A stretch of DNA of 64,000 bases from Ptychomitrium polyphyllum. Lineage: Eukaryota. Of this stretch, positions 38,809 through 51,913 are shown one piece after another. Both the position numbers and the translations under genes were made by a program. The notes below the pieces were generated by a model that was given only the letters and a program-made list of their open reading frames with translations, made no database searches and was not told where the DNA came from. The DNA is taken from positions 682,001 to 746,000 of the forward strand of contig OZ316775.1 in assembly GCA_973851085.1 (NCBI GenBank). Direction: 5' to 3'. Position 1 is the first letter of the stretch. Each line of letters starts with the position of its first letter.

Positions 38809-41800
38809 CTTCAGCTTCAATGGATTGGAAAAAATCAAACTTTAAGTCCTCCTCTACCAAGCTCTGCTTTCTCGCAACCGAATCTGTGTTTCTAAAACGA
38901 AAGTTTAAGTACAATTCTTCTGTTCGATCCTCACTCTCAGCTGCTTGTAAACGTTCTATTCCATGTACATTAACCCTGCTTCAAACGTCAAGTCTATTTA
39001 CTTCAGAAGTGGCGATTCTACTTCAATAATTGCAACAAGAAGTGAGCATGCTACAACCTATCGGAAGGTAGATTTCTTCTTTCCCATTCATGTTCTGTTG
39101 TGTGCAAATTTTGACACGTCGCACAACCTCCATACACACCTATATAAGTGCGCTTCTTCTTCACCGAGAGTCAGTCTTCCCTTCACGTCTTGTTTGAATG
39201 TGGACCTTTGGCTTCACATGTGTTGTGAGTCTCCTTCCCCTTCGACACTCGGACTTTGCTTCAAATCAGACCAGTGACCCAATCGTACGCAATGCAAAGA
39301 AAAATACTGGTAAAGGACCTTACAGACTTGCATGCACTACCACGACCAATGTTCACACGGGGTCAAGCTTTGTTAGCCTAATCCTTTGCTGGGCATTACG
39401 CTAGAAGTCTGTACAAGTACTTCAACAGCCGACTCAATAGTAATAGAAATTGATGGCAACAGAAGAAGCTAAAAGCACACTGGTGCGAGAATTAATTTAG
39501 TTCAAGTTGAGTGGCTACTCTGACCCCACCAAGCAGTGCAAGAGTGGATCAATAAAGCAGCAGTGCAGTTGCGGAATCATATCTATCAAGGATGCCACTT
39601 GACAAATGACTTCTACCAACTTATATGGCACCCCTCTAACCAATGAATCGGACTCCAAGTCACAGTAGCAGTATGTTTCCAGGCCACTTAGTACTAATCT
39701 GTGTTATTCTCCATAGTTGGTAAATTTTAACTTTTCAAGAGTATCAGTCAGTGTGGTGAAGCTTCCTGAATTCACTGTAGATGTCTTGTGCAGGGTGAGG
39801 CTGCAGTGGATCAGCATCGCCCAAGAAAAACTTTGAAGCAACCCAGGAGCCCAGATGGCGCGTCTTGTCGCCTCTGCAAATTTCTGGTCACTAGGGAGCT
39901 GGATGATGCCGTGGATCGGCTTTTGAGCCTCGCCTCCGACGTTTCATTTACCACAATTAGCAGAGCTTATAGTGTAATTTAAAAACTCTAGCTGCCGACA
40001 TAGTGTCCAATGAGGGATTGATGCCAGCCAGCCTGGCATGTTGGGAGCTGGTTGGGGTTGCAGAAACGATGATCTTCTGCAAGCTTAGATGATTGCTCAC
40101 CCAAGTGGCACATTTAGCAGTCCAAGGAACCATACGTGCAGGGCCTGGGCCTGACGGCATACATAGTTATCACTATGATATGCCCAATGCAATGGAAACA
40201 AGCAGGTGAGAAGGCCAGTTTGGCTAATTTCACCATGCCCCGCGCGCATTCCATGTTGCCACGTAGGAGTTGTGTGAGTGCCACCACATGTGGTATGGTA
40301 AGGCATAGAAGATGTTCAACTTATGTACATTCATTTAATTAAAGCAAGTTCATCTTACTCTACTCATAAATATCAGTCACTATAAAAGTTGGAAATATGG
40401 TGGCCCAAGGCCTAATAGTAAAAGAAGTTTTCTTGATGATAAAATCTTTAGATTAATAAATTTTAAAATATCAATAGTTTCCTTCTATATAATTGGTCTT
40501 GATCTGGTCATAATGTTTTTTCCTACTAAAATTCTTTACATTATTTTGCAATATTAGGTGTTTATTTGTACTAATTTCATTTATAAGCTTAAAAGGATTT
40601 ACTAAAGCCTTCTATTATAGTATTCTTGATCTTATAAGTGGTGAGTTTTTTGAACAACTTCTATAAAGTCAAACTATAGGAACAATTAGTCATGATTTAT
40701 GCTAACACATGCTTTGTGTACACTTCTTATCTATTGTAGAATAACAACATACCAAATTATTATTTCAGATCTTTTCAAAAATTAGGAAATGTTTGTATAG
40801 CTAAGGTTATATGCAAAATGTTTGTAGGAAATTTTTATATGCATGAGACCTAAACCTATTGGCTAGGAATTATTCAATTTATACCTAAATCATTTTTTAA
40901 ATTAAAAATCCAAACCTAAAAATTGGAAGCATTTTAATATTTATTTTTCAAATATGGAGATAATCTACATATTGAAATTGCAAGCACATGTGTTTTTGAT
41001 ATTAATGATGCCAAAAAAGATTTGTACAAATTTATTATTTTATCATTTGTAATTAAAAGATGATTAAAATGATTAAAAAATCACTAATCTAAAGGCTTGG
41101 TTTGATATTTAAGATTTAAAAGATCATTAATTTAGAAAAGACATAAATTCTAAAGTTCTAATCAATACACATCGAGAATTCAAAAAAAATTCAAAATCTT
41201 GTTTAATGAATTGTATAGATTTGAGTTTAATGGACAATTTAGTGCATTATTATTTGAATTACAATATCTTGTATTACAATTTATATATAATGTTTTGCTT
41301 TCAAAACAATAAAGTAGATATCTATAACTTTGACTATAAACAACTTGGCATAAATGTATATCTAAGTTTGAAATGAAGCAACGCCTATGAAGTTTCCATT
41401 TTAAAAAAATGTTCTAGTTAGATGAAAACAAAAAAATGAATCTATCATGAAATTTTAACAAATTATTGAAAATAATAATTTTCCAAATATGTTGGTAAAT
41501 GATTAAAAACCATAAAACATAAGTAAAATACTACTTGTAATTCACCTAATTCTAATTTTTATTTTAGGTTTTATATGGCCTTTAAATAAAATAAGAACAA
41601 TAATTATCAAAAATTACCTTAACAACATTGAATTATTATTGATGATATTGACAACTAATCATTATTACTCTATTTTGCCTTATCGTTCACTTGTTATTGT
41701 AATTATCTTGGATTGTTGTTTATTTGCTAAAGTCAAACTTTGTTTTATTTTTTACATTGATAAAGTTATAGCATCTATGAAAACATTTAAGTATTATATA

Positions 41801-44423
41801 ATTAACCTCAAAATGTAGAAAAAACCTACAGCCTTTTGTAAATACTTTGACAAATCACATATAAAACCAAAGTTAGGCAAATCCTTTCATTTAGAAATCA
41901 ATTTAGGAAGCTTATATAAAGTTTTTTAAATGTACGTCTTGACAAATCTTCAATAACTAGAGATTTAGGTGAAAATATAAATTCCAATAGAGGGCCACCA
42001 TAAGCATTTCTTCTAGAGTATTATGGGAGCGTGAATACCTCAAGTGTTGATTCTATTGTTGAGTGTTCTTTTAGTAAACTAGTTTTTGTACATTGTTATT
42101 TAGAACCTAATCACTTGATGACAAAGTCTTTCACGTTCACAAGGGGGAACATCCTACAAAAGCGTCCAGGAAAATTAATGTCTGCCAATATATTCTTCAG
42201 AAACTCCGAGATAAGAAATAACATACTCTAACGAATGGTGCCTACAACCAAAAAACAAGGAAATCCAACATTTCAGAGATGTTCCTTAAATATCCCAAAA
42301 GCAACAAACGACAACCGGCCACCTATCAGCCAAAGCAACTGCCTCACCACTGTCTGTGGAAGCTTACCAACTGCTTACAAATCTCTTCAGGGTTTTTCTT
42401 GAATGCATCCTCCTACATCCAAAGGACAAAGATTGGAGGCCAGAGTCTAAGTTGCATGATATTACTTTGACGTGTCGTGTACACCTTAGAAGCGATTCCG
42501 TCTGAGGTCACAGTGGGACCTCCCATAAAGGTCAGAAGTAGGACATTCCTTACCTGTTACCACCACTTTAATATAAAATTATTAAACTGTCTGTACTAGC
42601 GTCTTGGCTGACAAGTGGGTGCTCGACTGACCAGAAACCAATCTATCGTAAACTAATCAGTTGTCTGTGCGAGCATCTTTGATTCTGCACTTGGGATATA
42701 ATCTGCCCGTATTTTGTAAAGATACCTCTGGATTCAAGGTAGGAACTTGACACTCTGAAGAGACCACATTCCTTTAAATGCCCCAAGTTGTTGGAGAGAA
42801 GCAACAAAGAAAAGCTGAAGCTGGCAACAAACCTTCATCTAATTGTAAGGAAGGGGTTGTTCCTCATTCCACCAAATTTCACGACTGGTTTTAGAAACCG
42901 ACTCCTAATTTCCGCATGAGTTTTCAGAAACCTTAAAAAAGCATCCCAATGTTGAGTTAGATACTAAGGCAGTGGTCAAGGTTAAGGCACCCAAAACAAA
43001 CACCATGGATGTAAGGCATACATTTAAGTGTACTAGAATATGCAGTACTAGCTGCATCACAGAAAACGAAGCCCAACTCATTGACTCAAGTGTTAGAAAT
43101 GGATGCCTTACGATGTAGGATCATATCAACAGCTGATGGACACCGTGAGACAGGAATGTCTTACCCACCAGACTCACATGGTCTCTATTTGTCTGTACCC
43201 AGTTAGAGTAACCTCCGGTAGCAGCCACTCAAACAGTTGGTACACAGTGCATTACTGATACTTTTCACTCAAGTCTGGGCCATGGTCGGCTCGATTGAGC
43301 ACTTGCGGGTCCCGTGGTACAATGGGCGGTCTAATTCCTGGACCAAAAAGTTTAAAAGACAATATAAAACCTACAATATGATATATTTAAAAGACCCGGG
43401 TATTCTATTCACATAAGGTATGATGGTTACACCGTATGTACTGGCCGATTTCCCTGAAACATAGGCTGTAAGTTTTACTGTTCAGAATGCAAGGCTCCAG
43501 CTTTTGCTATAGGCTTTAGCGTTCTCCAGGAGCCTAGGAATCCGAATGGAGAAGAACGCACAGTAATCGGAAGATTTCATGAGGCTCTTTCAATTCCCAG
43601 AGGATTCAAGAGGCTCTAATTTGATAAGAAACCACCAGGTCAATGCATAACCGCCTGAACTATGTCGTTTAAAGACTACAGCTGAAGTGGTGAGAGCTAT
43701 GTGTACCTTTCGTATGAGAAGAATAGAGATCCTCAAGACAAATCTGCCCCGGGGTATTGTTGCTTTGTAGCCTCGTCATATTCCTATGTTGAGAAAAACA
43801 CTTTCCTATTGGCAACACGTAACATCACACAATTCCACAGCCTACTGAACTGAAATCTTCATAACGCAAGTACACAGAAGCAAATACAAGACCCAAATGC
43901 AAATATTGACTAATTTATTCGGAAGAAGAATTGAAACAGAAATAGTATTTTCAATCGGCTCAGCCAAAACATTCCTTCAAATTAAAAATCAACAACAGCT
44001 TCTACACAATATACGCACGGAGCCCATATAATACGCCTCTTTCCTTACGCTGTGATTCCTACAAAGAGAAACAGTGTAATACATTCCTCCTTGTAGAATG
44101 GATGGCATTTTGATGCTCTCCAAAACGACGTAAGCGCATGTGGACCAAATATTCATCACATTATATTGCATGATGATATGTCTTTATGTAGTCTGCATGC
44201 TAACAACAAAACAACAACCACCAATTATTTACTCCATCATGAGCAGGTTTTACAAAGACGAACAGATTTTCAGGGCTAGTAGTAGTCTATTTATCGATAA
44301 GAAGCCAAACAAGCTTCGTGCCAGATGCAACACCGGACCATTAAAACAGAGAAAAAGAGTTACCTTGTAAAGTGGAAGAGGGTACCTTGACAAACATTTG
44401 AAGTTGCTCCATGGAGGTACTAT

Positions 44424-47400
44424 TTATCCAGGCATTTTCTTCAGGGTGTTGATGTAAGTATAGCGAGAAAAAAACACAAAAAGTCTCCGATACCTGCCCA
44501 CAGTACAAATTATATATTGCGTTTAAACATTGAAATTTGTCTAAAATTAGCTCAGGACTACACTATTGGCTCAATTGTTCAAGGGCTCAGAAGTGCGAGG
44601 GTGATTCACACCAACAGTCAATGGGGAAAAGTCAGTGCACATTGTGAGACCATATGGCAAGGCATAGAGGCACCAGGTCTAGGTATGCCGAAGTTAGAAC
44701 TAAGAAACGGGCTACATAACCTCCCCAAAATTGTTACATTACTATCTTAATTATTGTTGAAACACCATTACAGAGTGAAAAGTTAGTGTGAGACACCATA
44801 GCTACCATACCCTAAGTACTGTAAGAATTTTAATTAGAGAAACCCACTAATTCTGCCTTATTAAAAGGTACTAGTGTCTAAAAGCTCTTAAGTTTGCACT
44901 GCTGGTTAGCAATATAGAGTGGAGTGATCATTGCAAACGTAAGAACCAAATGCCCAAATTCTAGAGGAGGGTGAAGAGATTAACTGCACTAATAAAACAG
45001 CTCTACTCTATATCACAGTTGCTGTCCAGAATACTTCCCGTCAAATTACAGAAAGTAACAGGAATCTCGTATTGAAGATCCTACAACTTACCAAACCCAT
45101 TGGCTTTTGTGCTGACTCATGGCCACAGTACTTGTCCTTGGACTTGGATTAACAAAATAGTGCATCTTCCCCTTGTTACTCAAAATCCGCTTGAATACAG
45201 GTGCACAAAGCTCTAGTGGTCCAGAGTACTTCCGCAACATGTTTGTACTTACCTATAAGTTTCACGATTTCTTCTGGTAAGACTTAGCAGTCAGAAACAA
45301 TGGAATTGCAGACACAGCCTAGCTCACAACATCGATTCAAATCAACTATGCGACGCTTCATACTGCTTTTAAACAAACGAGTTCCTAAGAATAGCAGCAG
45401 CTGCAGAACTAGGAGGTTGCAATTATAGAAAGAAACACAAAATTTAACGTTCTAAGCAGTGTAAAGAAGAATGTAGAAGGCATACAAGCTCCCATCCTTG
45501 CACAAAGCCTCCCTTGCTCTTTGTTGGTTTTCCTTCTTCCAAAAGAAAAGCTCTGCATTCACGACACACCGTGTCATGTTCAATCAAGACTCATATCACC
45601 GTGTCCGTTACAAGTTGGTCCTACTTAAGTGATGGATGGTGATCGCTTGACATTGTTGTCATTAAATGCAAGAAATGCACCTTATAAGGCTCAGCAAGAA
45701 GGAAGAGTTAACATACGTGTATCACAGAACTTTGTTGCTGCAGTTCTGTGTTACTTACCGTACTCCACTATGAACCGCACGGTGGTTAGGATGTCCAGAG
45801 ATACCATGGCTATCGAAAGTCAAGACCTGTAACCAAAGCACTTAAATGTCCTCTTCAGGAAATATTAACGTCAAAAGGTATCTGACAAGAGCAACTTTAG
45901 AGTTAAAGGTCTAGAATCCATGCTTAAGCAAATAGGACAGGAATAGTGGATACAAGGAAAATCTTATCTCCCTAGAGCAACGTATTCAAAACATGTCACG
46001 GAAGGCATCAAAAAGCGCATATACACTGTTGCAAAACAAAAAAAACGACAGGTTGCCCCAGGAGAAAGCACCACGAGCTGGGAAGACAGCCATGGATGAC
46101 ACAGAAGTACGAATGCTGTGAAAGACTCGGAACCTGATCAACGGAACTGGCAGAATTTAGAGAAAGGGCCTTACAACTTGAACGTTGTGATCTGCTACCG
46201 TCTGCCTCAAGAGTTTCATAATGAGTGACTGATCCCATAGACTTGAGAAACCATCCTATGTCAGACAACAAGGGTTACTCTTAACACTTTCAAAGCCACC
46301 ATTTAGGAGAATCATGGTTACGGCATCTGCGTCACAACAAGGCCTTTGTACATACTATGAGAATTATGTAGAGGAATTTCAAGTCTAGAACGAAAGAGAC
46401 TTACTTGAAGGGCTGGATGATCAACAATATCCACATTTTCTGTTGGAATCTGCCCGACCATCTCAAATCTTTAACATAAAACAAAAATTCGGACCATAAA
46501 GTATGAGCAAAGACATCAAGTGCACAAGATGAAAGGACTTCGCCACATCTGAGCATTCGATCGCCACAATAATGCTAATTGTTGTGCTACCATTTCACAA
46601 GAAGATATGAAAATACATCTGCTTCAATCTAATAACAATTCAAATCCAAAGCATTGGCGAAGAATCAACGAGTGTTGACTTAGAAATTGATGAAAGTGTT
46701 CATCCCTACACACATAACGTATCAATAACCACGATAGACTTAGCAGTACGCAGATTCAGATGCTTTAGGGCAACAGTCAAGCCGCTCTTCCCAAACAGAG
46801 AACTAATTGTTCACTTACAAATTTACTAAGACCCAATCCACTCTGATGTTTCCATTACAAGATACAATGACTCAATACTAAACCATTTGTTTACAAGATG
46901 TACCTTGAGGACAGAACATGCGGTTACCATCTCCAACTTGCGCACGTTACCAAGTCCACCAGCGTTACCTGTAATACAATTCCAAGCATACAGATGTAAC
47001 AATTCAGTTGGTAAAAACAAAAGATTCAGAACTTTAAAGAAATGCCACCTGCTACAAGTGATACTCTGGTAATTCAGAACCATCAGAAAAACACTGAAAA
47101 CAATGAGGCCGAACCACGTCATCAGAAGCGAAAAATCTAGACAGACCTGTTGAGAAACAAAGCGCGCGGATATTGTATACTCCAAGCTGAGCAAGGGACA
47201 ACAGAGTCGGCCCAAAAAACCTGCGTAAGAACCAACAAATCTTTAGCTTCCAGACCCTCGCACATGTATTGCAACTATGTGTTTGCGCTGTCACTGATTT
47301 CTCCATTCCAATATCAAATTGTGATGCAATTCAAAATCCTGGAAACATCAGAATAGTGAACTGCTTCACTTACATGGATTCGTCATCTGGATGCGCCACT

Positions 47401-47730
47401 ACCAACAGCACATTGATCTTTTCTCCATTCGGAATTTCTGAAAGGAGGGAAAACATCAGTGGATCTCGTCGTCGCAAAAAATATAGTTCCGATCTAGAAG
47501 CACCAAGCACAATCCGAAAACTTCACTTCACATCTTCATATCCCATAAGAATCACAATATGGCATTCAAAAATACGAAGCGTCTCAAATAATAGCAAAAC
47601 CGTGGCAGAAAGTTGAAGACCCACTTCGAACAGAAGGTAGTGGCCGCGGTTGCAATCCAGGAGACCGCTGTAAGAAGACGAAGAACGGCACCAGCAAGGC
47701 AATCCCCAATACAACCCCCGCCAGCAACAT
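44424..47730 (-). CDS. PIG-L: N-acetylglucosaminyl-phosphatidylinositol de-N-acetylase (GPI anchor biosynthesis), ~266 aa, 10 exons
   Basis: Exons 47730-47625, 47437-47374, 47220-47147, 46968-46904, 46449-46405, 46255-46175, 45826-45759, 45552-45486, 45252-45092, 44493-44424; 801 nt in frame. N-terminal TM segment and motifs AHPDDESMFFGPT, TFDSHGISGHPNH and HKSQWVWYRRLFVFFSRYTYINTL. Confidence 0.94.
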
Positions 47731-47908
47731 TGTATCTGATGGCCGTGAAGGTCTAACACACGAGAGGATGTGCACCCGAAGTAGACACAGCAGAAAACCA
47801 AGTGAAAATCATCTACATACGCCTCGAAAACTTCAGTAATGCCATCGAGAAGCCTCACTTGCAAGGAATTACTTCAACATCAAAGATATCCCGCTAAACC
47901 CTTGCTCA

Positions 47909-47927
47909 CGTGGCAAAATCCCATTGG
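47909..47927 (-). promoter_or_regulatory. ER stress response element (ERSE), CCAAT-N9-CCACG
   Basis: Minus strand CCAAT-GGGATTTTG-CCACG is an exact consensus match and overlaps a G-box CACGTG. It lies between the divergent PIG-L and TRAPPC2L genes. Confidence 0.55.
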
Positions 47928-47988
47928 AAAAAATCCTTAAAAATACGAGGTGGCAGGCAATTTCGCATGCGGGAGGGGAGCCTGTGCA

Positions 47989-47996
47989 TCACGTCA
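47989..47996 (-). promoter_or_regulatory. UPRE-like bZIP motif TGACGTGA
   Basis: Plus-strand TCACGTCA equals minus-strand TGACGTGA, matching TGACGTGR, about 60 bp from the ERSE. Confidence 0.4.
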
Positions 47997-48338
47997 TGCA
48001 ACGACCACCGGATCTGTTCCTCGAGTTTGTAAGGAGCTCTTTGTTAGATCAAGCTGGAGAGTTCGATTGAAAGTTGGGTTTCATGATTCCGACCTCTTGA
48101 TCGTCGATTGCAGAGTTCACGATCGAGACTGGGTAGTCAATTTTTGAGAGTGCAGATTTGTGGCTTGTTAGGAAGAGCTGGGGTTTTGCAGGAATACGAC
48201 GACATGCCCAGAAGGTTGCACTACGGAGTTGCGTAGTTGAAGGCCGGCTGTGCTCTGTGAAGTAGAGGGCGAGAGCATCATCATCATCTAAGAAGATTGT
48301 TTCGATCGCCTTCGTGTTGAGATCGAGCTCAGAGCACC

Positions 48339-49638
48339 ATGATTGTGTGTGTGGCGGTCGTGGGGCACAATGTATGCAATCCTTACCCATTGGAGTGTTC
48401 TCATTTTGTGTCTGAAGGTGGCTACTGAGCGCATAAGTTTAGAGTATGGTTGTACTTCTGCTTGCATGTATCTTGTAGAAATGAGAGAGGGACTCGAAAA
48501 TGGATGTTCTTCGGAAGCGAGCTACTCACCCTCTGGTAGAGTTTGAAATCCCTGCCGAGGTTTGTTGGAAATTCTTGCTCGTGGTTTTAGGTCTTGAAAT
48601 GGGTCGGTTTAGGACCTTAGGTTTAGATATTGACATATGGTGGGGGATGCAGAACAATCCACTCTATCTGCAGAGCTTCATTGATGATGACAATACCCTA
48701 AAATTCCACTACATCGTTCACTGCTCTTTGGACGTGATTGAGGAGAAAGGTATGTTGTTTTCCCACATCCTAGTTTGAGCATGCACATCACTTCTGTAAA
48801 TGTCACGAGTATTAAAGATTTGGCCATGGAAAGAGTATAGTCTTTCTGATTTCTTGGCATCAATTCTGAATCAGTAGCTTTCACTTGCCGTGATTTCATT
48901 TTATACTTATTCTCCTCCTTAGTCTCCCTTGCATGGGCTTCTAGTGTGTTCATCAGCAAGAAGAGCCTGTGTAAGTTGTTTCTGTCAGTTTTTCGCATTC
49001 TATGATTTGAGTTTCACAAGTATGGCTTCGGGGATGCACGGTAACAACTGCTTGGTATCGTGTTTGTGGCAGTCAGCAACTCAAAAAGAGCTGGTGTGAA
49101 TCTGAATGAGACATTCTTGGGGCTCCTCTATCCAACAGAAGACTACAAAGTGTGAGTTGTTCACTTCTAGCCTTTCTCAGATTCAGTATTATCTGAAAGC
49201 CTGGTAGTTTAAAAGATTCTGTTGCATATCATGTACTGAACGATACTAGTGATGCAGGTATGGCTACATGAGTAACACAAAGATCAAGTTAGTCCTAGTA
49301 ACCACCGATCAAGATTCGAGGGATGCTGATGTTCGCAACGTAAGTCACAAGCAGCATAGCACATTCCGTATCACGTATTTGTTCTCTAATGATTTATTGA
49401 TCTTTATACAGATAATACAAATGTGTAGCAAATTTTGTAGGGAAATTATATAAATTGCTCTGTTGTGTAACTTAACGCACTGTTGTTGGCTGTCTAGTTT
49501 TTCCGTCGCCTCCACGCAGCATACGTAGATGCAGCATCCAATCCCTTTCACGTACCAGGGAAGAAAATCACTTCGGCAGTCTTTGCTGAGCGAGTAGGTA
49601 ACATTGTGAAGTCGTTTGGTGTCCCCGCTCCAGTGTAA
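48339..49638 (+). CDS. TRAPPC2L: Trafficking protein particle complex subunit 2-like (Sedlin family), 143 aa, 5 exons
   Basis: Exons 48339-48371, 48653-48749, 49073-49151, 49258-49339, 49498-49638; 432 nt in frame. Reads MIVCVAVVGHNNNPLYLQSF...LKFHYIVHCSLDVIEEK...[27 protein letters not shown]...FFRRLHAAYVDAASNPFHVPGKKITS. Confidence 0.94.
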
Positions 49639-51074
49639 AATGTTCAATTACTTCTGGTTTTTAATTATTTAGCATCTGGTGATCAATATTTAGCATCCGA
49701 TATACACGTGTAGTTGTAAACTTTGCGTTTCTTCTGCAAGTGGAAGGGTAACTCTGCGGGAAATCCATTCTAATACTATTACAATCCTTAAAAGAGATTT
49801 CTTCTAAAGTCTTAGAGATTTCTTGCTGCTTGCCACAAACCTTAATGCAACGGGAAAGGCACCTCTTTGGATGTGGAAAGTTTGTTTGTTATCTATCTGT
49901 AAGACATCAACAGGCCCGAGTCGACCTTAGAGAATTGGATTCTGACAGTCGTAGATTGGGAATTCATTCCTATTGGTGACTTCTTCTGTAATTTTGTGCT
50001 TTGGAATTGACCTATGTATCGAAACGAGGTGAAGTCACTTTTTTTTCACCGGTAACAAGAGGAAAGTCATGGACGCAGGATCAAACGCGCTCGAGCATGT
50101 GAAACACACGTGACCAGTGGCCAGCATGGGCTGAACTAGTATACCCAAGTGTCTAATTAGTATGTCGCATACATTTCAAGATTCCACAGTATTTCAGCAC
50201 ACTATCTATGAAAGATGTAGATTTCAGAAACACTACGTATACAACTTACACATTTTTTTGAAGGATACAGCAGATAGGCTTTGCGGTGTCGTTGCCCAAC
50301 AGTCCGCCTTTGGTTTCCAAAATGTGCCATATAGTATGTATAGTACAATGCATTGTACTCTCATGCTTAAGACCTGTTAATGTCAGTCGTTGCCTTGCAC
50401 TGCTGTGATTTGGACCTGACCAGAACACCACGGCTCATCAGCATGAATTCCATTTCTGTCAGGGATTTCTGATTCCCAGGACTGACCGACCAACCTTCAT
50501 TGAAACTGCAGCCAGCGGAAATTAGACTCTGGTGCTTACAGACTGCACCTGAAGATGTAAGTAAATGCACTACACAAGGTGCGAGGGAGTCCCGCATATG
50601 GGACTCTTCCCTCTCATTGTTCTCTACACTCAAGCCCATTGATATCTTGGTTTTGTGATGATCGGACGGACATGGAAAATACCAAGTTCTTACTGTGAGG
50701 TATGCCATCTGCTGAGCACTTGTGTGGCAGGTGGACTGCCTGGTGTGTGGAATTTGACTGCTGCAATGGAATATCTGTGCAGATATCATTTACAAATAAC
50801 AAGGATCCTATGCTTTTGTTGATCTGTGCGTTGTATTTGGGGTCCAAACAGGTCTAAACTAAGGAAATCATGGAATGGATTGAAAACTTGGAATTTGATC
50901 TCAAGCACCTTGTATGGTACTCGGAGCTTAGTACAAGAAATTCCAAGGATGATGTTTAGGATATTGTTGTCCCCTTTAATATGATAGGTTTGGAAAACAA
51001 GAAAATTGTTGTATAATCAAAATGATGTATATTTTATTAATTATATGACATAAAGGGTATTTGGTGTTATATAT

Positions 51075-51913
51075 AAACTCTAGCCGCCATCTTCAAACCT
51101 AAACTGCTATACAAACCTTAGTTGCCATCTTCATACCTTAGCTGCCATTTCCAAATCCCAGCAATCATACAAACCTTAGCTGCCATCTTCAAACTTAAGT
51201 TGTTATACAAATAAACCCTGGTTGCCATCTTTAAATCATAGCCACCATTTCTAAACCTAAACAGCCATACAAACCTTAGTTGTCATCTTTGAATCCTAGC
51301 CGCCATTTCTAAACCCTAGTAGTCATACAAATCCTAGCTGCCATCTTCAAACCCTAGCCGCCATCTTCAAACCCTAGCCGCCATCTTCAAATCATAACCG
51401 CCATCTTCAAATCCTAACCGCCATCTTCAAACCCTAGCCGCCATCTTCATACCCTAGCTGCCATCTTCAAACCTAAGCAGCCATAAAAACCCTAGCCGCC
51501 ATCTTCATACCCTAGCTGCCATCTTCAAACCTAAGCAGCTATAAAAATCCTAATTGTCATCCTCAAACTTTAGCCACCAATTTCAAATTTAAACTGCTAT
51601 AGAAATCCTAGTTGCCATCTTCAGACCCTAGCAGCCATCTTCAGACCCTAGCCGCCATCTTCAAACCCTAGACGCCATCTTCAAACCCTAGCCGCCATCT
51701 TCAAACCTAAGCAGCCATAAAACCTTAGCTGTCATTTTCAAACCTTAGCTACCATCTTTAACCCTAAGTTGCCATACAAGTCCCAGCTGCCATCTTCAAA
51801 TCTTTGCAGCAGTACAAACTTTAATTGCCTTCTTTATATCCTAGCTGCCATTTTCAAATTCTAGTTGCCTTTTCTCAAATCCAAGCTACCATTTTTAATC
51901 TTAGTTGCCATTT
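51075..51913. repeat. Minisatellite of roughly 40 units, 20-bp consensus AAACCCTAGCCGCCATCTTC, interspersed with shorter AAACCTAAGCAGCCATAC variants
   Basis: The 20-bp period is visible directly (e.g. 51349-51448). A higher-order ~59-bp block is repeated at about 51429-51545. Confidence 0.92.

Noticed and set aside
51075..51913. CRISPR array or true telomere tract
   Set aside because: Units are contiguous with no unique spacers, the context is eukaryotic with no cas genes, and the period is 20 bp rather than the 7-bp TTTAGGG.
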